A stretch of 64,000 bases of DNA from Candidatus Bathyarchaeota archaeon. GTDB lineage: Archaea > Thermoproteota > Bathyarchaeia > Bathyarchaeales > WUQV01. Where the stretch lies: positions 3,827 through 67,826 of the forward strand of contig JAGGVF010000008.1 of NCBI GenBank assembly GCA_021158125.1, read 5' to 3'. Shown here one piece after another: positions 36,919-45,231 of this stretch (within the stretch, counting starts at the first letter, position 1; every line of letters starts with the position of its first letter). The position numbers were made by a program, and so were the translations under genes. The notes beneath the pieces were generated by a model that did no database searches, had not been told where the DNA came from, and saw only the letters and a program-made list of their open reading frames with translations.

Positions 36919-38034
36919 TTGAAAACAGAAAAAATAGCATTTTTAATACCCTTCCTTTTCTTAGCCATAATGATTATTCTGCCTATTGCCAACTATTCTA
37001 CATCAAGCCAAGAAAGCATAGCTAATGATGCGCCAGAAACTTCGGGGTTAAGCGCAGACTATATAATCTATGAGAACGAAACAAAATTTTACGCCGTAAA
37101 CGACAAACTGCAGCAAGTAGAGTTTGAAAGCGAAAATTTCAGCGAACTAATAAACAATGTTTTTTCTTCAGCCAAGGAAGGGGCAATAATAATCATAAGC
37201 TCAGGAGAATACAGTGTTTCAACCACTTTAAAAGTGCTAAAACCTTTACACATTTACGCCTATGGTGCAACGCTCCAAGTTAATGCATCCTCAACGTCCG
37301 TCGCCATTCAAATCGGCGATAAAGAACATCCAATTTTCAGTCCTCATAGCTTTAAAGGGGCCAAAATCCTAAATGTAGGAAAAAAGGGAGAAGGAATAGG
37401 CGTTCTTCTTTATGATTCACATTTCGGCGTTCTAGAAGACCTTGAAGTTTGGTTTTTTAATTTTGCAGTTTATTCTAAGGGAAGTTGGGACTATAACGTT
37501 AGAAACTGCATTCTAAGAGTTAACAAAGTAGGCCTCAGACTGGATCAAGATGACGAAGAGGTAAACCGAAGTAATCATTTCAGAATTTCAGGCGGGTACA
37601 TAGGATGCGAAACTGGTATACATATTACCGGAAAAAGTGAAAACGTAATAATAGAAGCCGTTAACATTTGTGACTCCTCAGACTTAGACGCCGGAGTATG
37701 GATAGAACATGCGGAACACACCATAATAAGAGGATGCTACTTTGAAAATAACCCAAATATAGACATAAAAATTGGAAGCGAAAAAATACAAGCGACAGCT
37801 ACACAAATTGAAGAATGCTTCTTCCTTGTGAAGAAAACAGCTATAAAAATTGAAAACGCTCAATACACAAAAGTTGAGGGATGCATGGCAATAAACGATA
37901 GCGGAGACGGCTCCGCCCTATTCATAAACATGACAGAAAAAGCAATTAAGCTAGTATGCGCCCATAATTATGTCCAAAATCTAGAAAACAACCTATATTT
38001 TGGACTTGATGGAACGAATATTGAAATCTACTAA
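36919..38034 (+). CDS. Secreted or anchored protein, probably a right-handed parallel beta-helix
   Basis: N-terminal hydrophobic signal/anchor (IAFLIPFLFLAIMIILPIA). Periodic short repeats with G/N/I turns (ILRVNKVG, FRISGGYIG, IHITGKSEN, IIRGCYFEN). Confidence 0.5.
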   Translation: MKTEKIAFLIPFLFLAIMIILPIANYSTSSQESIANDAPETSGLSADYIIYENETKFYAVNDKLQQVEFESENFSELINNVFSSAKEGAIIIISSGEYSVSTTLKVLKPLHIYAYGATLQVNASSTSVAIQIGDKEHPIFSPHSFKGAKILNVGKKGEGIGVLLYDSHFGVLEDLEVWFFNFAVYSKGSWDYNVRNCILRVNKVGLRLDQDDEEVNRSNHFRISGGYIGCETGIHITGKSENVIIEAVNICDSSDLDAGVWIEHAEHTIIRGCYFENNPNIDIKIGSEKIQATATQIEECFFLVKKTAIKIENAQYTKVEGCMAINDSGDGSALFINMTEKAIKLVCAHNYVQNLENNLYFGLDGTNIEIY

Positions 38035-38173
38035 ATTAGTAGATAATGCCATTGCCTTGCTGAAGGCTATTTTCGGTAGATACCACTCATAGCCGGATAG
38101 AAGTTTTTTCCAGAAATTTAAAATTCTACCTTTTGATATTAGATATTGCTGTTAAGTTTGGAGGAAAAGAAAA

Positions 38174-40609
38174 ATGAATTATGTCGCTTTGGGCCTCTTT
38201 AGGGGAAAACATGCATCTCTAATGCTGATTTCACTGCTTATGATTTCCTCCTTTGCCTTTGCCATTCCCATGACAGCCAACATGTCGCTTTCGGCTAACT
38301 ACGGGAAAATTTCGCATAAACTACTTAGCCTAATAGAAACTGAGGGTAACGCTCCTATTAACGTACTGATTAGCACTGTTTCAAACGACTACAGTAGTGT
38401 TATAACGGATATTCAAAGGTTAGGCGGAGAGGTTAGAAGACAATTCCAGTATGTTAATGCTTTGGCAGCGTCTGTTCCTGCCGACAAAATTTTAGCCTTG
38501 GCTGAAAATGAGAATATACTGAAAATTTACTATGATGAGCCGCGAACTTTAGCTGGAGTTATTCCTCCAGTGCCAGAGCTTGACGTGAAGCCCGAAACCG
38601 CTTCTGCTTACTTAAGCGGTTTCGAAACTATCGTTGCAACGCCGGAAGTTATTGCTGAATTGCAGCCGTGCAACTACTGGAACCCCGTAGCCATGGGCGC
38701 TGAACCAGTATGGGAAATCGGCGACTATGGTCAAGGAACATTGGTAGTAATTATTGATACAGGTCTGTGGGCGGGTCACTTCTTGTTTGCTGGCACTTCC
38801 ATAATTGGCGGCGTTGACCTAAGCCCAGATGTAGGCACAGAATATGAGGGATGGAACAGAACAGACAACCACTGGCACGGCACACACGTAGCAGGAATAA
38901 TCGCAAGTACAGGCGGAATAATAGTAAATGAAACTGATTTGCTTGTCCAGAGCATTGAATTGTACACCGGGCAGGAATTGCCTTCCGCCGAGCCCTATGG
39001 CTATCCAGGCTGTAAAATAATCTGGTTGCTGGGTATGGCGCCGTTCGCCGATTTATTCGCCATAAAAGTATTTCCGCATACCGGAGAGGGTGTTCCAGAA
39101 TCCTACGTCCTCGCGGGAATGGAGTATGCGCTAAACATGAAGCTTGAGCAGGGATATGACGTTGACGTTATAAGCATGAGCCTCGGCGGTCCAACCCTGT
39201 TTGATGGAAGAGACGTAGAAGACCAGTTGGTTGATACCATAACATCCTACGGAATAACAGTGGTAGCTGCCGCTGGAAACGAAGGTCCAGCTCCGATGAC
39301 CGTTGGCAGTCCAGGTTCTGCAAATACCGCAATAACTGTTGGGGCTGCCGCAACTCCTGTGCAAACACGAGTCTTTTGGGATCAACAGTATGAACAACTT
39401 GGAATTGGTTACTATCTGTTTACAAGTGAAACGCCTCAAATCTACGCCTTTAGCAGTCGCGGACCAACATCAGATGGTCGTTTGAAACCAACATTGGCAG
39501 CTACAGGCATCTTTGTGTTATCGGCTTATCATGAACCAGGGCTTCCGCAAGCCATAGCTTGGGCTTCCGGCACTTCGATGGCTACCCCCGCAGTTTCAGG
39601 CGCTGTTGCCCTCTTAAACACTTACGCAGAATCCTATATTCCAGACGCTACGCCAGAGGACTACAAACAAGCACTACAGAACGGTGCCGTATGGCTGGAA
39701 GGTTATAATGAATACGATCAAGGAGCAGGCTTCCTAAACGCTTGGAATGCGCTTGTCGCCTTAACGGAGGATACTTCGATCGGCGATGTGGCAGAGCCTC
39801 TACCTCCATGCGACTGGCTTGAAGATATAAGCAACATACCAATCTTTAGCGCCGGAACCTATGAAACAGACATCATTGACTTGCCGCCGGGCCACAAGAA
39901 AGACTTCATATTCAGAGTAACCCACCTAACAGGCTCAATAGAACTTGAAATAACTAACGTAGAATTGGGCGTTGATCTAGGCTTAAACAGCCTCGAAGTC
40001 TACATTCAAAGCGCCAAAAGGACAACTTACGCCTACTTCATAGACAGCGCCAACGTTTGGGGCGACGCCTCATTCCTAATCACCGACTATGAAACCACAT
40101 GGTCAGGAGAAGTAACAGGCGTCTACATGGATGATCTAACCCGTTTGGCGCCCATAGAGCCAGGCTACGTCAAAATAGTAATAGAAAATGACTGGACAAG
40201 CTACGATAACATTTCATGCCACATCAAAATTACAGTAAAACATCAACGATGGCAGCCCGGCCTCTACAAATACGTAATATTAACGGGCAAAATCGCTGAA
40301 GGCGAAAACACTGGATGGATAGAAATTGAAGTGCCGAAAAGAGCGGTCTCCGCAGAAATCACCCTATTCTGGCTGAGAGACTGGAGCGTATACCCAACAT
40401 CCGATCTCGATTTAATCGTTTATTGGAACGAAGGATACAACTTTGACGGTGCAACGTTAAACTCGCCAGAACGCGTGATACTAGAAAATCCAAAAACGCT
40501 CTCTGTGCTAATAGATGGCTATTCAATATATGCAGAAAATGAACCCTATGTGCTGATCATAAAATTCACTCTGAAATGCAACTATAGGCTTTGGTTCAAC
40601 ATGCGCTAG
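38174..40609 (+). CDS. Subtilisin-like serine protease (S8) with an I9 propeptide and a long C-terminal extension
   Basis: Signal peptide and an I9-like propeptide. Catalytic triad residues are VVIIDTGLW (Asp), HWHGTHVAGIIAS (His) and SGTSMATPAVSGAVALL (Ser); AAGNEGP carries the oxyanion-hole Asn. About 330 aa follow the Ser. Confidence 0.9.
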   Translation: MNYVALGLFRGKHASLMLISLLMISSFAFAIPMTANMSLSANYGKISHKLLSLIETEGNAPINVLISTVSNDYSSVITDIQRLGGEVRRQFQYVNALAASVPADKILALAENENILKIYYDEPRTLAGVIPPVPELDVKPETASAYLSGFETIVATPEVIAELQPCNYWNPVAMGAEPVWEIGDYGQGTLVVIIDTGLWAGHFLFAGTSIIGGVDLSPDVGTEYEGWNRTDNHWHGTHVAGIIASTGGIIVNETDLLVQSIELYTGQELPSAEPYGYPGCKIIWLLGMAPFADLFAIKVFPHTGEGVPESYVLAGMEYALNMKLEQGYDVDVISMSLGGPTLFDGRDVEDQLVDTITSYGITVVAAAGNEGPAPMTVGSPGSANTAITVGAAATPVQTRVFWDQQYEQLGIGYYLFTSETPQIYAFSSRGPTSDGRLKPTLAATGIFVLSAYHEPGLPQAIAWASGTSMATPAVSGAVALLNTYAESYIPDATPEDYKQALQNGAVWLEGYNEYDQGAGFLNAWNALVALTEDTSIGDVAEPLPPCDWLEDISNIPIFSAGTYETDIIDLPPGHKKDFIFRVTHLTGSIELEITNVELGVDLGLNSLEVYIQSAKRTTYAYFIDSANVWGDASFLITDYETTWSGEVTGVYMDDLTRLAPIEPGYVKIVIENDWTSYDNISCHIKITVKHQRWQPGLYKYVILTGKIAEGENTGWIEIEVPKRAVSAEITLFWLRDWSVYPTSDLDLIVYWNEGYNFDGATLNSPERVILENPKTLSVLIDGYSIYAENEPYVLIIKFTLKCNYRLWFNMR

Positions 40610-40707
40610 AACATGAACTAAAGCAAATCCCCCATTTTTTTATGACACAACCTTGGGAATTATTATGTTATAAAGTTAATTAAGTTGTTACTTAAAGAAA
40701 GAAAACA

Positions 40708-41244
40708 TTAACCATTTCCCTTCTTTTTGAGGATTTCATCAAAATATTTTCTCTGTAAAGTTAATATTTCACTGCTACTCCTTGCAGCTACATATTCCTC
40801 TAAAAGTTTTTCATTTAACTCTAGGAAGACTTTTCCCCATTTAAATATGGTAATTAAGCGTTTTGCTTCTTCTTTGAAGCCAGCTATGTAAAGAGCGGCT
40901 GACAACGCTTCAACCGTGCTAAGCTTAGTTGGTACTCCATAATTTACTGGATTCGCCGCAACCAAGTATGGTAGACACCTTGAATACTTTCTCATTTTAA
41001 GGCTTGATTCAAGTATTTTCTGGGCTTTCTCCCAGCTGCAGTCTAAGGCACAGAGGCCGTATCTTTCGATTCTTGCTTTGTCTTCTGGTGAAAAGGCTTT
41101 TTCGGCAAGCGGGTTGAGAACTATGGCTCCTTTTGGCAGAAGCTTTATTCTTCTAACTATTTCAATTAGACCGTGACGTTTTAGCTTTAACGCCGTGCAT
41201 TTTTTAGGGTCGCATTGGCCAGCGTGATATACAACTATTCTCAA
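40708..41244 (-). CDS. tsr3: rRNA aminocarboxypropyltransferase Tsr3
   Basis: YHAGQCDPKKCTALKL..LDCSWEKA.. is typical of Tsr3 (DUF367). Confidence 0.8.
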   Translation of the reverse strand: MRIVVYHAGQCDPKKCTALKLKRHGLIEIVRRIKLLPKGAIVLNPLAEKAFSPEDKARIERYGLCALDCSWEKAQKILESSLKMRKYSRCLPYLVAANPVNYGVPTKLSTVEALSAALYIAGFKEEAKRLITIFKWGKVFLELNEKLLEEYVAARSSSEILTLQRKYFDEILKKKGNG

Positions 41245-42788
41245 ATTCTACTCACTTTACCTTTCACTTCCAAATGGCTCATTGGATCATTGAAAACCTT
41301 CGGAATCCATTTTAAGAGATCTGTAGAGACTATGTGGAATCCTTTTTCATTGTAGGCGAAGTCGCCTGCAGCTCCGTTAACGAAGGCTCCTGCAACGGCT
41401 GCTTCAAAGGGAGTGATTCCTTGAGCCAGAAGGGCGCCCACAATCCCTGATAGAACATCTCCTGTTCCGCCAACCGTCATGGCCGGGTTTCCGGTGAAGT
41501 TGAATTTTAGTCTTTCACCGTCTGAAATTATGTCTATGTGACCTTTCAGGAGGATGGTAGCATTTAATTCTGCAGCTGTTTTCCTAACTTTTTCCGCTCT
41601 TTCTTTAAGCTCTTGAGGTAACTCGTGTCCAGAAAGAAGTTTAAACTCTCCGGCATGAGGGGTTAAAACTGACGGGGTTCCCAGTTTCCTCTTTTCCTCG
41701 GCGAAGGCTTTTAGTCCGTCTGCATCTAAAATAAGGGGTTTTTTCAATTTTTCAGATATTCTAACGATTTCTTTTACAGCTGAAATTGTTTCTGGATGAA
41801 GACCAAGTCCAGGCCCCAATACTATGGCTGTCGCCTTTTCCATTTCCCTCCCTATCACCGGAACATTCTTGAGGTTTAGATTGTTTCCCTCCAGTTTTAT
41901 TGTTATCAAATTTGGTGAAAATGAGGAAATTGAATAAGCCGTTTTTTCAGGGGCTGCTATGTAGGTTAGGTCCACTCCAGTTCTTAGTGCTGCCAGTGCA
42001 ACTAATGCGGGAGCCCCTGAGTAGGTTTCGCTTCCTCCAATTATGAGTAGACGGCCGAAGTCTCCCTTATGAGAGTTAGAAGGCCGCGGTTTCACAATTG
42101 CTGAGACATCGCCTGGCCCAGCATAATATTCAAATTCGATAGGTAGTCCGATGTCTTTCACAATTATTTCGCCTACATGTTCTTTGGCAACAAGTAGGCC
42201 GGGTTTAGCTTTATGAAAGGTTATGGTTAAGTCGGCTTTTACAGCTTCTTCCAAAACTTGTCCAGTGTCAGAATCTATTCCAGTGGGTATGTCTACAGCC
42301 ACCTTAAACGCTTTAGTCTCGTTAATTTTTTTCACAAATTGCAGAATAGGTGGTCTAAGATGGCCTTTTAGCCCTATTCCAAGGAGAGCATCTACGATTA
42401 CATCTGCGTTAAGGTTGGGAATTATGGATGAATCATAAATTTCCAGAATCTCTATTTTATCCCTTAGATTTCGTAAAGCTTCCAAATTTTTTCTGGCGCA
42501 CTCATCTCTGATATTTGCAGCCTTTCCAGCAATCATAACTGTTACTTTGAAGCCTCTATTTGATAGATGGCGGGCGGCTACAAATCCGTCTCCCCCGTTT
42601 CCGCCTAGCCCGCATAAAATGAGAATTCTGGATGTTTCTGGATTGAATCTTGCAGAAATTTCGTCTGCAATGCTTTTTCCAGCGTTCTCCATTAATTGTA
42701 ACCTAGAAACCCCGTAGTATTCAGAGTTCAGTTCTAACGCTTTCATTTCTCGGCTTGTGATATTTTGCACTTTGTTCCCTTCCAACAT
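41241..42788 (-). CDS. nnr: Bifunctional NAD(P)H-hydrate repair enzyme (epimerase + ADP-dependent dehydratase)
   Basis: YjeF N-terminal domain (LCGLGGNGGDGFVAARHL) plus a C-terminal carbohydrate-kinase domain (GGTGDVLSGIVGALLAQG). Overlaps tsr3 by 4 nt. Confidence 0.9.
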   Translation of the reverse strand: MLEGNKVQNITSREMKALELNSEYYGVSRLQLMENAGKSIADEISARFNPETSRILILCGLGGNGGDGFVAARHLSNRGFKVTVMIAGKAANIRDECARKNLEALRNLRDKIEILEIYDSSIIPNLNADVIVDALLGIGLKGHLRPPILQFVKKINETKAFKVAVDIPTGIDSDTGQVLEEAVKADLTITFHKAKPGLLVAKEHVGEIIVKDIGLPIEFEYYAGPGDVSAIVKPRPSNSHKGDFGRLLIIGGSETYSGAPALVALAALRTGVDLTYIAAPEKTAYSISSFSPNLITIKLEGNNLNLKNVPVIGREMEKATAIVLGPGLGLHPETISAVKEIVRISEKLKKPLILDADGLKAFAEEKRKLGTPSVLTPHAGEFKLLSGHELPQELKERAEKVRKTAAELNATILLKGHIDIISDGERLKFNFTGNPAMTVGGTGDVLSGIVGALLAQGITPFEAAVAGAFVNGAAGDFAYNEKGFHIVSTDLLKWIPKVFNDPMSHLEVKGKVSRI

Positions 42789-42883
42789 ACATTTAACTAG
42801 GAACTATTTAATTAGTGCATTCATTCTGTATTTGGCAAAATATTTTAATCTAATATTCATAGAATTAAGCGAGGAGTGTTATT

Positions 42884-43123
42884 ATGCCATCAGCTTTCGT
42901 GCTTATAAACACGGAGATTGGTGCTGAAAGCGAAGTGCTGAAACTGCTAAAAGGTATTGAGGGTGTTGAAGAGGCTCATGCAGTCTACGGTGTCTATGAC
43001 ATAGTTGCAAAAGTGAAAGCCGAAACCATGGATAAACTTAAGGAAATAGTCACATGGAACATTAGAAGACTTGACAAGGTTAGGTCAACTCTAACAATGA
43101 TAGTAATAGAGGAATCATCATAA
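42884..43123 (+). CDS. Stand-alone Lrp/AsnC ligand-binding (RAM) domain protein
   Basis: 79 aa. AFVLINTEIGAESEVLKLLKGIEGVEEAHAVYGVYDIVAKV matches the RAM-domain pattern. No HTH. Confidence 0.7.
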   Translation: MPSAFVLINTEIGAESEVLKLLKGIEGVEEAHAVYGVYDIVAKVKAETMDKLKEIVTWNIRRLDKVRSTLTMIVIEESS

Positions 43124-43189
43124 CTTCTCTCTTCTTTTTCTAGAACCGCTCCATTCATATATTATAACGCTCTACTCATCTTCAATAAA

Positions 43190-44533
43190 ATGGAAAATGA
43201 AATGTTAAATCTGCACATTGGAATAGACGACACAGATTCTCCGAGAATGGGATGCACAACTTACGTGGCTGCTCTTCTAGTGGAAAAACTAAACGATTTA
43301 GGTGCAAGGTTCGCAGATTACCCAAACTTGGTGAGGTTAAATCCGAACGTTCCTTGGAAAACAAGGGGGAATGGGGCATTATGTCTTAGAATACAACTTA
43401 AAGAAAGCCTATTAGACAAAGTGAAGGAACTAACGATAGATACCGTCGAAGAAAATGCGGATTTAGAATATGAAGGAACAGACCCAGGCATTGTTTTCTT
43501 TACCGGCAGAGAAATTCCAGAAGAACTGAAAATTTTTGCAAAAAACACAATTCAAGGTGTTGTTAAGTTTGAAACGGCTTTAAAACTGATTAAAAAATTT
43601 AAGGCTGAAGCTTTTGGCTTCAAAAAGTGTAGGGGAATAATCGGTGCCTTAGCAGCAGTAGGTGAGACACTGGATGGAGACCATACTTATGAGATTATAG
43701 CTTACAGAAAGCCTGAAAATTGCGGGAAACCGAGGAAATTAGATGTTGAATCTGTGTATGAAATGGATGAGGCTACTAAACCCTACACATTTAACAATGT
43801 TGACCCCAACACGGGAAGGATATTAATAACTCCTCGTGGGCCGGACCCCATTCTTTACGGAATTAGAGGTGAAACACCAGAAATAGTTAAGAAAGCTCAT
43901 GAAATGGTTAAGGCATTGGAGCCTATTGAACGCTGGGTCATATTTAGAACAAATCACGGTACAGACGCCCATTTGCGTAGAGTAGAGAGTATAAGTCAGA
44001 TTAAACCTTATTACCCGGTTATCGCCAAGGGAACAGTTAGCAAACCTCCACGGATTGTACCCCGCAGACACGTAATTTTCGCGGTAAAGGATGAAACTGG
44101 AGAAATTGACTGTGCAGCATATGAGCCGACTGGGAACCTTAGGAAAGTAGCGAGAAAACTCATGGTTGGCGATTTAGTTGAGGTTTATGGGGGAGTTCGC
44201 CCTCCGTCCGAGAGGAATCCCGTAACAGTTAATTTGGAAAAACTTAAGATTTTGAAGTTGGCTCCGCATGTTAGCTTTTCTAATCCTATTTGTCCAAAAT
44301 GCGGGAAAAGGATGAAGTCTATGGGGGATGGTAAGGGTTTTAGATGTAAGAAATGTGGTTTTCGTTCTAAGGAGTTGAAGAAGGTTGCTTTTGTGAAGGA
44401 GAGGGATTTAAAGGAGGGAATTTATGTTTCTGATCCTAGGTCTGAGAGGCATTTAACTAAGCCTCTTCAACGTTACGGTATGGAGAAGAGTAAAGCTGAA
44501 GTTGTTTTAATTGATGGTTGGTACGGCCTATAG
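43190..44533 (+). CDS. tiaS: tRNA(Ile2) 2-agmatinylcytidine synthetase
   Basis: LHIGIDDTDSPRMGCTTYVAALL N-terminus, an OB region, and a C-terminal Zn-ribbon CPKCGKRM..CKKCG. Confidence 0.85.
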   Translation: MENEMLNLHIGIDDTDSPRMGCTTYVAALLVEKLNDLGARFADYPNLVRLNPNVPWKTRGNGALCLRIQLKESLLDKVKELTIDTVEENADLEYEGTDPGIVFFTGREIPEELKIFAKNTIQGVVKFETALKLIKKFKAEAFGFKKCRGIIGALAAVGETLDGDHTYEIIAYRKPENCGKPRKLDVESVYEMDEATKPYTFNNVDPNTGRILITPRGPDPILYGIRGETPEIVKKAHEMVKALEPIERWVIFRTNHGTDAHLRRVESISQIKPYYPVIAKGTVSKPPRIVPRRHVIFAVKDETGEIDCAAYEPTGNLRKVARKLMVGDLVEVYGGVRPPSERNPVTVNLEKLKILKLAPHVSFSNPICPKCGKRMKSMGDGKGFRCKKCGFRSKELKKVAFVKERDLKEGIYVSDPRSERHLTKPLQRYGMEKSKAEVVLIDGWYGL

Positions 44534-44534
44534 C

Positions 44535-44780
44535 CTATTCTTCTTGAACCTTGAATATTTCGCAGAGAAGCCTATAGAGTTCCTCTCCTCCTTCAACTTT
44601 TGTGAACAAGTCTTTTTCAGCCTTTAAGATTTTGCCTACTGTTCGGTAGGTTTCTTTCCATTCCAGTTCCTTCCACATCATCTTGTAGTTTTTCAGTTCT
44701 ATCCAAGCCCTAAAAATTAGAACTATGAACATGCCGACAGTTACTACTAGGTTTAGCAGATATATTGAAAGTAGGTCCAT
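44535..44780 (-). CDS. Hypothetical single-pass membrane protein
   Basis: 81-aa ORF with one TM (LLNLVVTVGMFIVLIF). No family recognised. Coding status uncertain. Confidence 0.3.
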   Translation of the reverse strand: MDLLSIYLLNLVVTVGMFIVLIFRAWIELKNYKMMWKELEWKETYRTVGKILKAEKDLFTKVEGGEELYRLLCEIFKVQEE

Positions 44781-44856
44781 TCGGGTTCCCTCTCTGCTAG
44801 TTGAGATATATTCATTTATAACAGTTAAGTCTAATAGTTTAGCCTTGGAAGAGAAG

Positions 44857-45165
44857 ATGAGTGAACTGCTTCCTCCAATAATTTATCAGCTTGGATTAGG
44901 AGCCCTAGGCGGGTTTATAGTCGGATTTGCAGTTAAAAAAGCTATAAAAATTTTGATAAGTCTAGCTATGATTTTCTTTCTAATTTTAATCTATTTAGGA
45001 TTTTCAGGAATTATAACCATAAATTTTGACAAATTGATGGAAGCAGTTAAAAAAGCATTCGGTTTAGGGCAAGAAGCTTCAGGATGGCTTATTCCCATAA
45101 TCTCCACTCTTCCATTGACCGGAAGTTTTCTGGTAGGATTTATTTTGGGGTTTAAAGTAGGCTGA
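44857..45165 (+). CDS. FUN14-family membrane protein
   Basis: Start moved to ATG 44857. LGLGALGGFIVGFAVKKAIK and C-terminal GFILGFKVG are FUN14-like. Confidence 0.55.
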   Translation: MSELLPPIIYQLGLGALGGFIVGFAVKKAIKILISLAMIFFLILIYLGFSGIITINFDKLMEAVKKAFGLGQEASGWLIPIISTLPLTGSFLVGFILGFKVG

Positions 45166-45231
45166 CGTAAATGTAAATTGTTAAATGTTTCTTTTGCTAT
45201 TTTGAGGCTGGAGTTGGTTGGAGGCTGAAGA

